From Breznakia blatticola (lineage in GTDB: Bacteria > Bacillota_I > Bacilli_A > Erysipelotrichales > Erysipelotrichaceae), in contig NZ_SODD01000027.1 in NCBI RefSeq assembly GCF_004365815.1, positions 1 through 32,000 of the forward strand: a stretch of DNA of 32,000 nt, read 5' to 3'. A program made the position numbers and the translations under genes. A model generated the notes under the pieces. It was not told the origin of the DNA and did not search any database. It was given only the letters and a program-made list of their open reading frames with translations. Each line of letters starts with the position of its first letter. The first letter of the stretch is position 1. Of the stretch, positions 25,062 to 32,000 are shown piece after piece.

Positions 25062-25697
25062 CTATCTTAATAACTTCTTGCAGCCATCAGCAAACGACTC
25101 AAGAATGAGTTGTGCACTTGTTGCTCCAGCATCTTGATGACCTTTTGAACGTTCTCCAAGTCTTGATGCGCGTCCAAGTTTTGCCACCATATGTTTTGTT
25201 GCTTCAAGCCCTGCTTGTGATGCCCCAACCATTTCAGTTAACGCTTTATTTACATCTTGTGATGCATCAAATTCTTTATGATATGCGTAAATTGCAGGAT
25301 CTAATACATCAACTAATGTTTTATCATTCACTTTTGCTGGTGATATCTTTTTAATATTGTCATATGCTTTATCTAGCATTTCACCAATGATTTGACCATC
25401 GATTTCTTCATGTTGTTTACTAGCAACATATAGGCCACGAAAGAAATTTCCGTATAATGGACCCATACTTCCTCCAATTTTACTCATAAGCATTTTACTA
25501 ATGATTTGAAAACCTGTACTCATATTTTCTTTACCAGTTAATGCTTCTTTTGCTAGTGTAAAGCCTTTATTCATGTTAATTCCATGATCACCATCACCAA
25601 TTGCACCGTCGATTTCGCTTAAGTAATCACGATTTTTTTGAATACATGCAATGATGGTTTCAACTATTTCAATTCCTTCTTGATTCGTAAACTTCAT
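25062..25697 (-). CDS. dhaL: Dihydroxyacetone kinase L subunit, copy 2
   Basis: 211 aa with IGDGDHGINMNKGF. Directly abuts dhaK copy 2, in L-then-K order. Confidence 0.85.
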   Translation of the reverse strand: MKFTNQEGIEIVETIIACIQKNRDYLSEIDGAIGDGDHGINMNKGFTLAKEALTGKENMSTGFQIISKMLMSKIGGSMGPLYGNFFRGLYVASKQHEEIDGQIIGEMLDKAYDNIKKISPAKVNDKTLVDVLDPAIYAYHKEFDASQDVNKALTEMVGASQAGLEATKHMVAKLGRASRLGERSKGHQDAGATSAQLILESFADGCKKLLR

Positions 25698-25698
25698 A

Positions 25699-27069
25699 TT
25701 ACGCTCTTTCTGCTGCTGCTACTTCTTTTGCGTTTTTTGCTTCTCTACGTAATTCACGGTAGTACATTGTGTATCCTGCTAACCAAGCTACAAGTACAAC
25801 CACTGGGATAAAGTTTCCATTTACTACATCAAATACTTGTGAAATTCCGTATGTAAATACTGGACCATCAATTGATGAGTTTGAAATCATTTGTCCTGCT
25901 GCTAAATCAACAGCACCTGTTGCGTTTGCTAAGTCTGTAATAAATGGTGCAAATGCTGTACCAATCCATAAGAAGCATGGAACTCCGATTGTACAAAGAA
26001 TTAACATTCTTGGTAAGTTTCCTTTTGTTACTAAGTATGCAGGTACTGCTAATGCAATATTGATAATTCCAGCAAATGGTAAGATTTCGTTTCCTGGTAA
26101 AATCATAGACATTAATAAGGTTACTGGCACTGACCAAATAACTGCTAACCAAATTTCATTTGATCCACCTAGGAATGGCCAGTCAAGACCAACAATTAAA
26201 CTTCTTCCTTCGAAACGTTTGTTCATAAAGTCACTAACCGCTTCAGAAATTGGTGATAATGCTTGCATAAAGTATTTTGAAATCACTGGGAATAATGTTA
26301 ATGCAGTTGCAGCTTGAACTCCTAACGTTAAGATTTCAGCTGGACTCCATTTTGCCATGATTCCAAATACACATCCTAAGATAAATCCAAGTACGTGGTT
26401 TTCTGCAAAGATACCAACTTTTTCTTTTAATGCTTCCGCATCAAAGTCTTTGTTGAATGCAGGAATTTTACGTAATAATAAATCGAATGGGTATAAAATT
26501 GCTCCAAAGAATACCATTTTGTGTGTACAAGTAACTCCAGGAATTCCTGATAATTCTTCAATACGGTGTGAGTGTACATCTGCTGTTTTAAGTTCAAAGA
26601 TAATTTGAATTGTAGCAACTACAAATGCTAAAGGTACACTATCTGTAATGGCAACAACACAAACTGCAGTAAAGATTTTCCCCCATACATTCCATAAATC
26701 TGCATTGAATGTTTCTGTTTTCTTTAACACGATCATAATAATGTTCACAACGATAAGTAATGGGAACATTAAGAATGCATATGGCCATGACCATGAGATT
26801 GTCGATAATGTTGTCCATCCACCATCAACAATTGGTAATGAAATACCTGTTGATTCTAACATTGCTTCTGCTGCTGGTGAAATTGCCCCAGTCATAAAAC
26901 TAATAAGCATTGACATTCCGGTAAATGCAACCCCTAATGTAATACCTGCAGAGATTGCATCTTTCACTTTCATACGAACAAGCAATCCTGCAAAAATGAT
27001 GATAATTGGTACGAATACTGCTGCCCCTAAACTAAGTAGCCAGTTAACTACATTTTGTAAAATATCCAT
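25699..27069 (-). CDS. PTS EIIC component, galactitol (Gat) family
   Basis: 456-aa polytopic membrane protein. Its size and sequence style match GatC/SgcC-type EIIC, and it is preceded by Gat-type EIIB and Mtl/Fru-type EIIA genes. Confidence 0.8.
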   Translation of the reverse strand: MDILQNVVNWLLSLGAAVFVPIIIIFAGLLVRMKVKDAISAGITLGVAFTGMSMLISFMTGAISPAAEAMLESTGISLPIVDGGWTTLSTISWSWPYAFLMFPLLIVVNIIMIVLKKTETFNADLWNVWGKIFTAVCVVAITDSVPLAFVVATIQIIFELKTADVHSHRIEELSGIPGVTCTHKMVFFGAILYPFDLLLRKIPAFNKDFDAEALKEKVGIFAENHVLGFILGCVFGIMAKWSPAEILTLGVQAATALTLFPVISKYFMQALSPISEAVSDFMNKRFEGRSLIVGLDWPFLGGSNEIWLAVIWSVPVTLLMSMILPGNEILPFAGIINIALAVPAYLVTKGNLPRMLILCTIGVPCFLWIGTAFAPFITDLANATGAVDLAAGQMISNSSIDGPVFTYGISQVFDVVNGNFIPVVVLVAWLAGYTMYYRELRREAKNAKEVAAAERA

Positions 27070-27099
27070 AAATTTAAACTCTCCTCTTTTGTTTTCTTA

Positions 27100-27381
27100 T
27101 TAGCCATTATTCACGGCATCAATTAGTCTTTGTAATTCCTCTTTTTGTTTCATTCCTGTAAGAAATGCAATTCCATTGATTACTGGAATTGGATATTCCT
27201 TATTTGTTTTCGTAATTGCAATGTATGCAACCGCATCCGTCAAATGACGATCCACAGATTTTAAGTCTACCGCTTCTACTTTTGCGTCAACTTTATTTTC
27301 TTTTAGTAAACGATTTACTTTACTTGCTACGGTTTGTGAAGTTGCTACTCCACTACCACAAGCCACGATTATTTTTTTCAT
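27100..27381 (-). CDS. PTS EIIB component, galactitol/lactose-type
   Basis: 93 aa with N-terminal KIIVACGSGVATS (phospho-cysteine loop). Confidence 0.85.
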   Translation of the reverse strand: MKKIIVACGSGVATSQTVASKVNRLLKENKVDAKVEAVDLKSVDRHLTDAVAYIAITKTNKEYPIPVINGIAFLTGMKQKEELQRLIDAVNNG

Positions 27382-27389
27382 AGTCCCTC

Positions 27390-27857
27390 CTAATCGAATC
27401 CTTTTATATTGATTATTTCTTGATAATATTCATCTACTGTTTTTGCATTGAGTAAACGATCCATCAAATCTTGATCCTGCAGATTATCAACTAGGAGTTG
27501 CAACATTTCCACATGTCCATCACCTTTTATGAATCCAAGAACAAAGATTAGTTGAACGTCATGCCATACATCACTGGTTGCCATTTCACACCAAGCAATT
27601 GGTTTTGCTAGTCGAACTGCTGCAACAAATGGGGTGATAATATGTACTGCATCCGCATGCGGTATCGCAATTGGATATGGTTGCGTTGGTAAGCCTGTTG
27701 GGTATGCTTCTTCCCTTGTTACCAATGCTTGATAATATGTTTCCTTCACAAATCCTTTGGCAAAAAGTATTTCACTCATTTTCGCAAAGAAATCATTTTG
27801 ATTTTCTACCTGCATATCTAGTTGAATCAGGTCTTTGATAATCATTGAACTGTCCAT
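27390..27857 (-). CDS. PTS EIIA component, mannitol/fructose (EIIA-2) type
   Basis: 155 aa with phospho-histidine motif IAIPHAD. First gene of the operon, with RBS AAAGGAGAG. Confidence 0.85.
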   Translation of the reverse strand: MDSSMIIKDLIQLDMQVENQNDFFAKMSEILFAKGFVKETYYQALVTREEAYPTGLPTQPYPIAIPHADAVHIITPFVAAVRLAKPIAWCEMATSDVWHDVQLIFVLGFIKGDGHVEMLQLLVDNLQDQDLMDRLLNAKTVDEYYQEIINIKGFD

Positions 27858-27918
27858 TTACTCTCCTTTCGCAATTGCTTGCATCTGCGCGCCGATCCAT
27901 GGCAACTTGCTTAATCAC

Positions 27919-27947
27919 ATTATATGAGTAGAAACATTTTCAGGCAA
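27919..27947 (-). promoter_or_regulatory. Candidate sigma-A promoter of the Gat-PTS/Dha operon
   Basis: On the minus strand: TTGCCT (27942-27947)-17 nt-TATAAT (27919-27924). The predicted leader is about 55 nt. Confidence 0.5.
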
Positions 27948-27966
27948 AGCAATTTCGGGACAATTA

Positions 27967-27986
27967 ATGCACAACACAATGTGCAA
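27967..27986. promoter_or_regulatory. Inverted repeat upstream of the -35; candidate operator for the PRD activator
   Basis: On the minus strand: TTGCACA-ttgtgt-TGTGCAT (core TGCACA-N6-TGTGCA), ending 20 nt upstream of the -35 hexamer. This is a class-I-activator-like position. Confidence 0.35.
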
Positions 27987-28033
27987 TACAGTGATGGGCG
28001 CTAAAGTTGCGCAACCTTGTGACGTAAAATCCA

Positions 28034-28071
28034 TAAAAAAATACCAAACTTTTCCATAAAGAATGGTATTT
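28034..28071 (-). terminator. Rho-independent terminator after the histidine phosphatase gene
   Basis: AAATACCA (28039-28046) pairs with TGGTATTT (28064-28071), with an inner CTTT/AAAG pairing. A T-run follows on the minus strand. Confidence 0.55.
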
Positions 28072-28082
28072 CTAATAAATTA

Positions 28083-28664
28083 TCACAAATTTTGATTCAT
28101 AATTTCGACTAAAGTAAACATGTCATGACCCCATGTTAATTTTAAGATACAGCAATTGCCAACACCAGTTTCCTTAATCGCTTCAAGACTAGGATCCATA
28201 TGACAAGTCTCTAAGAAATAAGCAATACTCACACCTGAACTTACAGCAAGTATGACTTGACTATCCCTATCATGGCAAACTTGTTGCAAATAATAGCTCA
28301 CTCTAGTTTTTACATCCTGTGCGCTTTCTCCACCAACTTTACTCGTTAATGTATCCCCATAAATATCTTGCTGACCTGCTCCTATATAGACTTCACCTTC
28401 TACTTCTCCATACCAACGTTCACGTAAATCTTTACTTCGTTGATATGGTTGATTTGGTGCAATATACTCCATTGTGTCACAACATCTTTCACTCGTGGAA
28501 CAAACAAGTGTATCAAAGTTTACATCTTTAAGTATTTCATGTGCCTGTTTGGCTTGTTTAATCCATTTATCTGTTAGTGGTGAATCACACCACCCTTGAA
28601 TCCGGTGCTGTACATTGAAGTACGTTTGTCCATGTCGAACTACATATAATGTTTTCATATACAA
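28083..28664 (-). CDS. Histidine phosphatase family protein (second copy in the window)
   Basis: 193 aa with N-terminal LYVVRHGQTYFN (RHG motif) and STSERC. Monocistronic, lying between two terminators. Confidence 0.8.
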   Translation of the reverse strand: MYMKTLYVVRHGQTYFNVQHRIQGWCDSPLTDKWIKQAKQAHEILKDVNFDTLVCSTSERCCDTMEYIAPNQPYQRSKDLRERWYGEVEGEVYIGAGQQDIYGDTLTSKVGGESAQDVKTRVSYYLQQVCHDRDSQVILAVSSGVSIAYFLETCHMDPSLEAIKETGVGNCCILKLTWGHDMFTLVEIMNQNL

Positions 28665-28766
28665 TTCCCTCTACATGCATTATAAAACGTTACGTTTTTT
28701 ACAACAAATGCTTTTGGAAACAAAAATTGCACATCTTTATGCACATAATAGGACTCAATGAAATCT

Positions 28767-28793
28767 AAATAAAAAGACTTCATCTCAGAAGTC
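28767..28793 (-). terminator. Rho-independent terminator after cutC
   Basis: On the minus strand: GACTTC-tgagat-GAAGTC followed by TTTTTATTT, 3 nt after the stop at 28796. Confidence 0.55.
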
Positions 28794-28795
28794 CA

Positions 28796-29542
28796 TTATG
28801 TATGTAATGCATCAACAAAGTCGATAACTGCTTGTTTGTCTACACATTCATAATCAAGTTCGTGATTCTTCGCATATCCATACGATACCTGTTTTGCTTT
28901 TGCTGTAAGATCTCTTTTCCATGTTTTACATGATGCATGTACTTGCTGCAACTGCGTCTTTTCAAGTACTTGCTTTACATTATCTGCACGCAAACCTACA
29001 CCACCTAAGATTTCGATTTGCTTGCCATATGTATTTTGTAGGTAGGCTAGTGTCTCAATTCCGGTAATAGCAGTTTCACCTTGTCCACTTGTTAGTACAC
29101 GATCCACCTTACAATTTATAAGTGTACGCATTGCTTCATCAATATCTTGTATGACATCAAATGCACGATGTACAACAGCTTGTCCACCATACTTATGAAT
29201 CAAATCACAAAATTCTTTTGTGCGTGCAGCATCAATTGTAAAATCTTCATTTAGAAATCCAAACACAATTGCTTCTACACCTTCTTGTAATAACAACTGT
29301 GCATCTTGTTTCATCACTTCATATTCTTCATTTGTATAATGAAATCCACCAGCTCTAGGACGCACCATAGCTGCAATTGGCAATGAAATATGTTGTTTTA
29401 CTAATTTCACTGTTCCCATACTTGGCGTTAGTCCACCTAAATATAATGCACTATTTAACTCAATACGGTTTGCCCCACCTGCTTGTGCAGCCAAACAATC
29501 TTCATAACTTCCTGCACATACTTCAAAAATTATATCTTTCAT
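28796..29542 (-). CDS. cutC: CutC-family protein (TIM-barrel; historical 'copper homeostasis' annotation, true function unclear)
   Basis: 248 aa. The N-terminus EVCAGSYEDCLAAQAGGANRIELNSALYLGGLTPS matches the recalled CutC signature. Confidence 0.85.
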   Translation of the reverse strand: MKDIIFEVCAGSYEDCLAAQAGGANRIELNSALYLGGLTPSMGTVKLVKQHISLPIAAMVRPRAGGFHYTNEEYEVMKQDAQLLLQEGVEAIVFGFLNEDFTIDAARTKEFCDLIHKYGGQAVVHRAFDVIQDIDEAMRTLINCKVDRVLTSGQGETAITGIETLAYLQNTYGKQIEILGGVGLRADNVKQVLEKTQLQQVHASCKTWKRDLTAKAKQVSYGYAKNHELDYECVDKQAVIDFVDALHT

Positions 29543-29556
29543 GGTTCCTCACTTTA

Positions 29557-29597
29557 TTTTGCATACAAAATGCAAAAGACAGAATTGCTTCCGTCTT
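29557..29597 (-). terminator. Two overlapping hairpins between the SIS gene and cutC (possible partial terminator)
   Basis: TTTTGCAT (29557-29564) pairs with ATGCAAAA (29570-29577), and AAGAC (29576-29580) pairs with GTCTT (29593-29597) with an inner GAA/TTC. The two share 2 nt. The U-tract on the minus strand is interrupted. Confidence 0.35.
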
Positions 29598-29599
29598 CT

Positions 29600-30334
29600 T
29601 TACTTGGTATATAAACGTGCGTATTTTTTCATGAAGGCATCATTTTTTTCAAATCCTCCATCAACATTTGCACTCACGAACACTTCAACTTCTTGTCCAT
29701 TTTGAGCTAGCGTACTTGCGCAAACTACACTGATTGCACCACAAATAAATGCATTGGCAATCGATGATGTTGGATACATTGGAATATCGATTCCTTCAAA
29801 ATAACTCGCTGCATCCCCTTTTTGTCCGCAGTTATCAATAACAATATCTGCAACTTCTAGTAAACGCTTGTTGTGTTTATTACGTGGCTTTGTTTCCATT
29901 GAATGGTGTACGTTAGTAATTGCAATGACGGTTGCTTTACGTCTTTTTGCTTCAACTGCAACTTCTACTGGATATGGATTTCTTCCAGAGTTACTTGCAA
30001 TTAAAACAACATCACCTTCTTGAATATCAAATAAATCGACAAGTAGATCCCCATATCCATCAAGATTTTCAATTAGGGAACTCTTTGTTGGGTGCTCATT
30101 TAGTGTTAATTCTGTAGGCATCATTGGCACCACAAAAGCAAGCCCTCCTGCACGCCCATAAAACTCTTCAGCTACAGAATGTGAATGTCCACTTCCCGTC
30201 ACTAAAAAGCGATGTCCTGCACTATGCGCATTAGCAATAGCAATTCCAGCTTCTTCGATTGCCTTTGCTTGTGTATCCTTAATCTTATGTACAACGTCTA
30301 AACCAATACTAAATGTCTGCTCAACTAGTTTCAT
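29600..30334 (-). CDS. SIS-domain protein (UPF0309-type sugar isomerase-domain protein)
   Basis: 244 aa with FLVTGSGHSHSVAEE and LIASNSGRNPYPVE, typical SIS phosphosugar-binding segments. Confidence 0.8.
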   Translation of the reverse strand: MKLVEQTFSIGLDVVHKIKDTQAKAIEEAGIAIANAHSAGHRFLVTGSGHSHSVAEEFYGRAGGLAFVVPMMPTELTLNEHPTKSSLIENLDGYGDLLVDLFDIQEGDVVLIASNSGRNPYPVEVAVEAKRRKATVIAITNVHHSMETKPRNKHNKRLLEVADIVIDNCGQKGDAASYFEGIDIPMYPTSSIANAFICGAISVVCASTLAQNGQEVEVFVSANVDGGFEKNDAFMKKYARLYTK

Positions 30335-30343
30335 AAGTTTCTC

Positions 30344-31144
30344 CTATTTTAAGATTTCAAAATGTTTACAGGCTTCATAGATTCCATTTTTACCACATGG
30401 TTTTGTCACAAAGTCTGCTTTTGCTTTTACTTCATCGACAGCATTGCCCATTGCAACACCAATCCCACATGTTTCAATCATACTTAAATCATTATAGTTA
30501 TCACCAAAGGCTATCGCTTGTTCCATCGTGCATCCAATATGCTCACAAATATGTGCGATGGCGTTTGCTTTACTTGTCTTCTTTGGGTGAATATCAAATC
30601 CATTTCCAAAGAACTTATCAAATTGTAAGTGTGGATACTTCGGTTTGATTTGTTTAAAGATGCTCGGTTCAACACGACTCACTGCAGCTAAAGGTAAACT
30701 TTGCTTATGTCGTGTTTTCTTTTTTCGATGATCTTCAAAATTACCCCAACGACCTAGCAAGATCATCAAACGATTTTGCAAAGGAAGTTTTCCTGCATAT
30801 AAATATCCTTTTTCAGGAAATTGAAATTGTAAATATTGTTTGAAGTGCGTGAAATCTTGGACAAGATTTTCTGTATCCTGTTTCGATAATGGTTCACTAT
30901 ACAATTCATGAAATGCATGATCCATGATATAGGTTCCGTTCAAACAAATATAATAATCAAATGTGAAATACTGTGATAGTTTTTCTTTTACGAAATATGG
31001 TGGACGTCCACTTGCAATTGCAAGTTTAATTCCCTGTTCACGTAACTTATTTAGACAGTTCAAATCATCTTCTTCAATTCGATGTGTTATATGGTTAAAC
31101 AAGGTTCCATCAACATCAAATGCAGCTATTTTTATATCTTTCAT
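30344..31144 (-). CDS. Cof-type HAD-IIB phosphatase (soluble)
   Basis: 266 aa with motif I (AAFDVDGTLF) and motif IV (FGDNYNDLSM). Confidence 0.85.
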   Translation of the reverse strand: MKDIKIAAFDVDGTLFNHITHRIEEDDLNCLNKLREQGIKLAIASGRPPYFVKEKLSQYFTFDYYICLNGTYIMDHAFHELYSEPLSKQDTENLVQDFTHFKQYLQFQFPEKGYLYAGKLPLQNRLMILLGRWGNFEDHRKKKTRHKQSLPLAAVSRVEPSIFKQIKPKYPHLQFDKFFGNGFDIHPKKTSKANAIAHICEHIGCTMEQAIAFGDNYNDLSMIETCGIGVAMGNAVDEVKAKADFVTKPCGKNGIYEACKHFEILK

Positions 31145-31159
31145 ACTTTACTATCACAA

Positions 31160-32000
31160 CTATTTCTTGTGATATAACTTTTGCGTTCTAAATTTCGGTG
31201 AACATGTGTAATTCATTTTTAAACGGTTAAAGACATTTTCATCATCTTTTCTTAAGATTACCGTAGAGTGTACTTCACATCCTTGAAGTTTCTTTAATTG
31301 TTGCATGGCAAGCTCTGCAACTGGGTTTGTTGTTGCACTTACTGCAAGCATGACAAGCATTTCACCTGCATGAATACGTGGATTATTATTTCCAAGTATA
31401 TCCGTTTTTAGTTTTTGGACTGGCTCAATAACCGATGGCGAGATCAATGGTAAACGATCATCAATTCCACCAAGTGCTTTTGCGGCATTTAATAAAGCTG
31501 CTGAACTTGCACGTAGTAGAGTCGATGTTTTCCCTGTGATTAAACGACCATCAGGTAGTTCAATTGCGACTGCTGGTTCATCTGTCTCGATTGATTTTGC
31601 TTCACTTGCTCCAACCACCTTACGGTTACTTGGTTTAAGATTTGCTTGGTTCATCAACATTTCAATTTTTTGAATGGCTTCTTTTGAACCTGTTCCCAAA
31701 CGTTCATTTACTAGTGATTGATAGTAACGACGTAAGATTTCTTTATTGGCTGCATCTTGTGCAGCATCATCATTTTCAATTGCATACCCTGCCATATTTA
31801 CACCCATATCCGTTGGGCTTTTATATGGCGATACACCATTGATGTTTTCAAACATACGACGCAACACTGGGAATACTTCTACATCACGGTTATAGGAAAC
31901 AACCGCTTCTCCATATGCTTCTAAATGGAATGGGTCAATCATATTTACATCATCAAGTTCTGCAGTAGCTGCTTCATATGCTAAGTTAACTGGATGCTTT
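31160..32000 (-). CDS. DUF1846/UPF0371-family protein, 5'-truncated by the window edge
   Basis: The reading frame stays open upstream of the listed ATG (31942) to position 32000 (…KHPVNLAYEAATAELDDVNMIDPFHLE…). The C-terminal region resembles recalled UPF0371 proteins, which are about 500 aa in full length. Confidence 0.7.
   Translation of the reverse strand, partial: KHPVNLAYEAATAELDDVNMIDPFHLEAYGEAVVSYNRDVEVFPVLRRMFENINGVSPYKSPTDMGVNMAGYAIENDDAAQDAANKEILRRYYQSLVNERLGTGSKEAIQKIEMLMNQANLKPSNRKVVGASEAKSIETDEPAVAIELPDGRLITGKTSTLLRASSAALLNAAKALGGIDDRLPLISPSVIEPVQKLKTDILGNNNPRIHAGEMLVMLAVSATTNPVAELAMQQLKKLQGCEVHSTVILRKDDENVFNRLKMNYTCSPKFRTQKLYHKK

Noticed and set aside
27858-27947. A sigma-54 (-24/-12) promoter or RAT-terminator riboregulator upstream of the Gat-PTS operon.
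   Set aside because: The GG and GC elements in TGGATCGGCGCGCAGATGCA are wrongly spaced for TGGCAC-N5-TTGCW. The regulator has no AAA+ sigma-54 activation domain. No terminator hairpin follows the leader.
1-32000. Defence systems, toxin-antitoxin pairs, CRISPR repeats, IS elements, integrases and prophage genes, looked for across the whole window.
   Set aside because: Every ORF of substantial size has a metabolic, transport, regulatory or housekeeping signature. I found no direct-repeat arrays, no terminal inverted repeats and no recombinase motifs.

Overview
This is an AT-rich, low-GC Bacillota-style chromosomal segment; the exact taxon cannot be determined from the sequence alone. It holds 32 protein-coding genes, 31 on the minus strand, densely packed with several overlapping stop/start junctions. 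I recognise no rRNA, tRNA, CRISPR array, transposase, integrase, phage gene or known defence gene. The window is a carbohydrate-utilisation region flanked by housekeeping genes.

Layout in minus-strand transcription order (right to left):
(i) 32000-28083: conserved, poorly characterised genes (UPF0371/DUF1846 partial, Cof-type HAD phosphatase, UPF0309 SIS protein, CutC, histidine phosphatase).
(ii) about 27947-18590: one long operon. It encodes galactitol-family PTS EIIA-EIIB-EIIC, DhaL-DhaK, an MtlR/LicR-like PRD regulator, a FucA-like class II aldolase and a second DhaK-DhaL. After an internal hairpin terminator comes a HAD phosphatase with a C-terminal membrane anchor.
(iii) about 18572-16811: a monocistronic Bgl/Scr-type PTS EIIBC with a long leader carrying a cre-like site.
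(iv) about 16798-14413: an AraC-family regulator fused to a GH39-like domain in which both catalytic glutamates are replaced.
(v) 14341-7591: an eight-gene operon. Its first five genes are Gfo/Idh/MocA oxidoreductase, TIM barrel, Gfo/Idh/MocA oxidoreductase, small DUF6379-like protein and TIM barrel. These resemble the Dgp/Dfg/Car C-glycoside deglycosidase system. They are followed by a histidine phosphatase, glucokinase and EIIA-Glc.
(vi) the lone plus-strand gene, an orphan membrane-anchored charged protein.
(vii) pepT-tex-SGNH hydrolase, then two tandem Cys-less ROK kinases and a DUF3284-like gene.

Best candidates for something undescribed:
- a PTS-wired oxidative (Dgp-like) deglycosylation locus with no phospho-glycosidase;
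- its neighbouring AraC::pseudo-GH39 regulator;
- a PTS -> FucA-like aldolase -> two DhaKL (triose-kinase-like) operon that lacks DhaM, any dehydrogenase or any isomerase.

All family assignments come from motif recognition by eye and recalled reference sequences. No searches were run.
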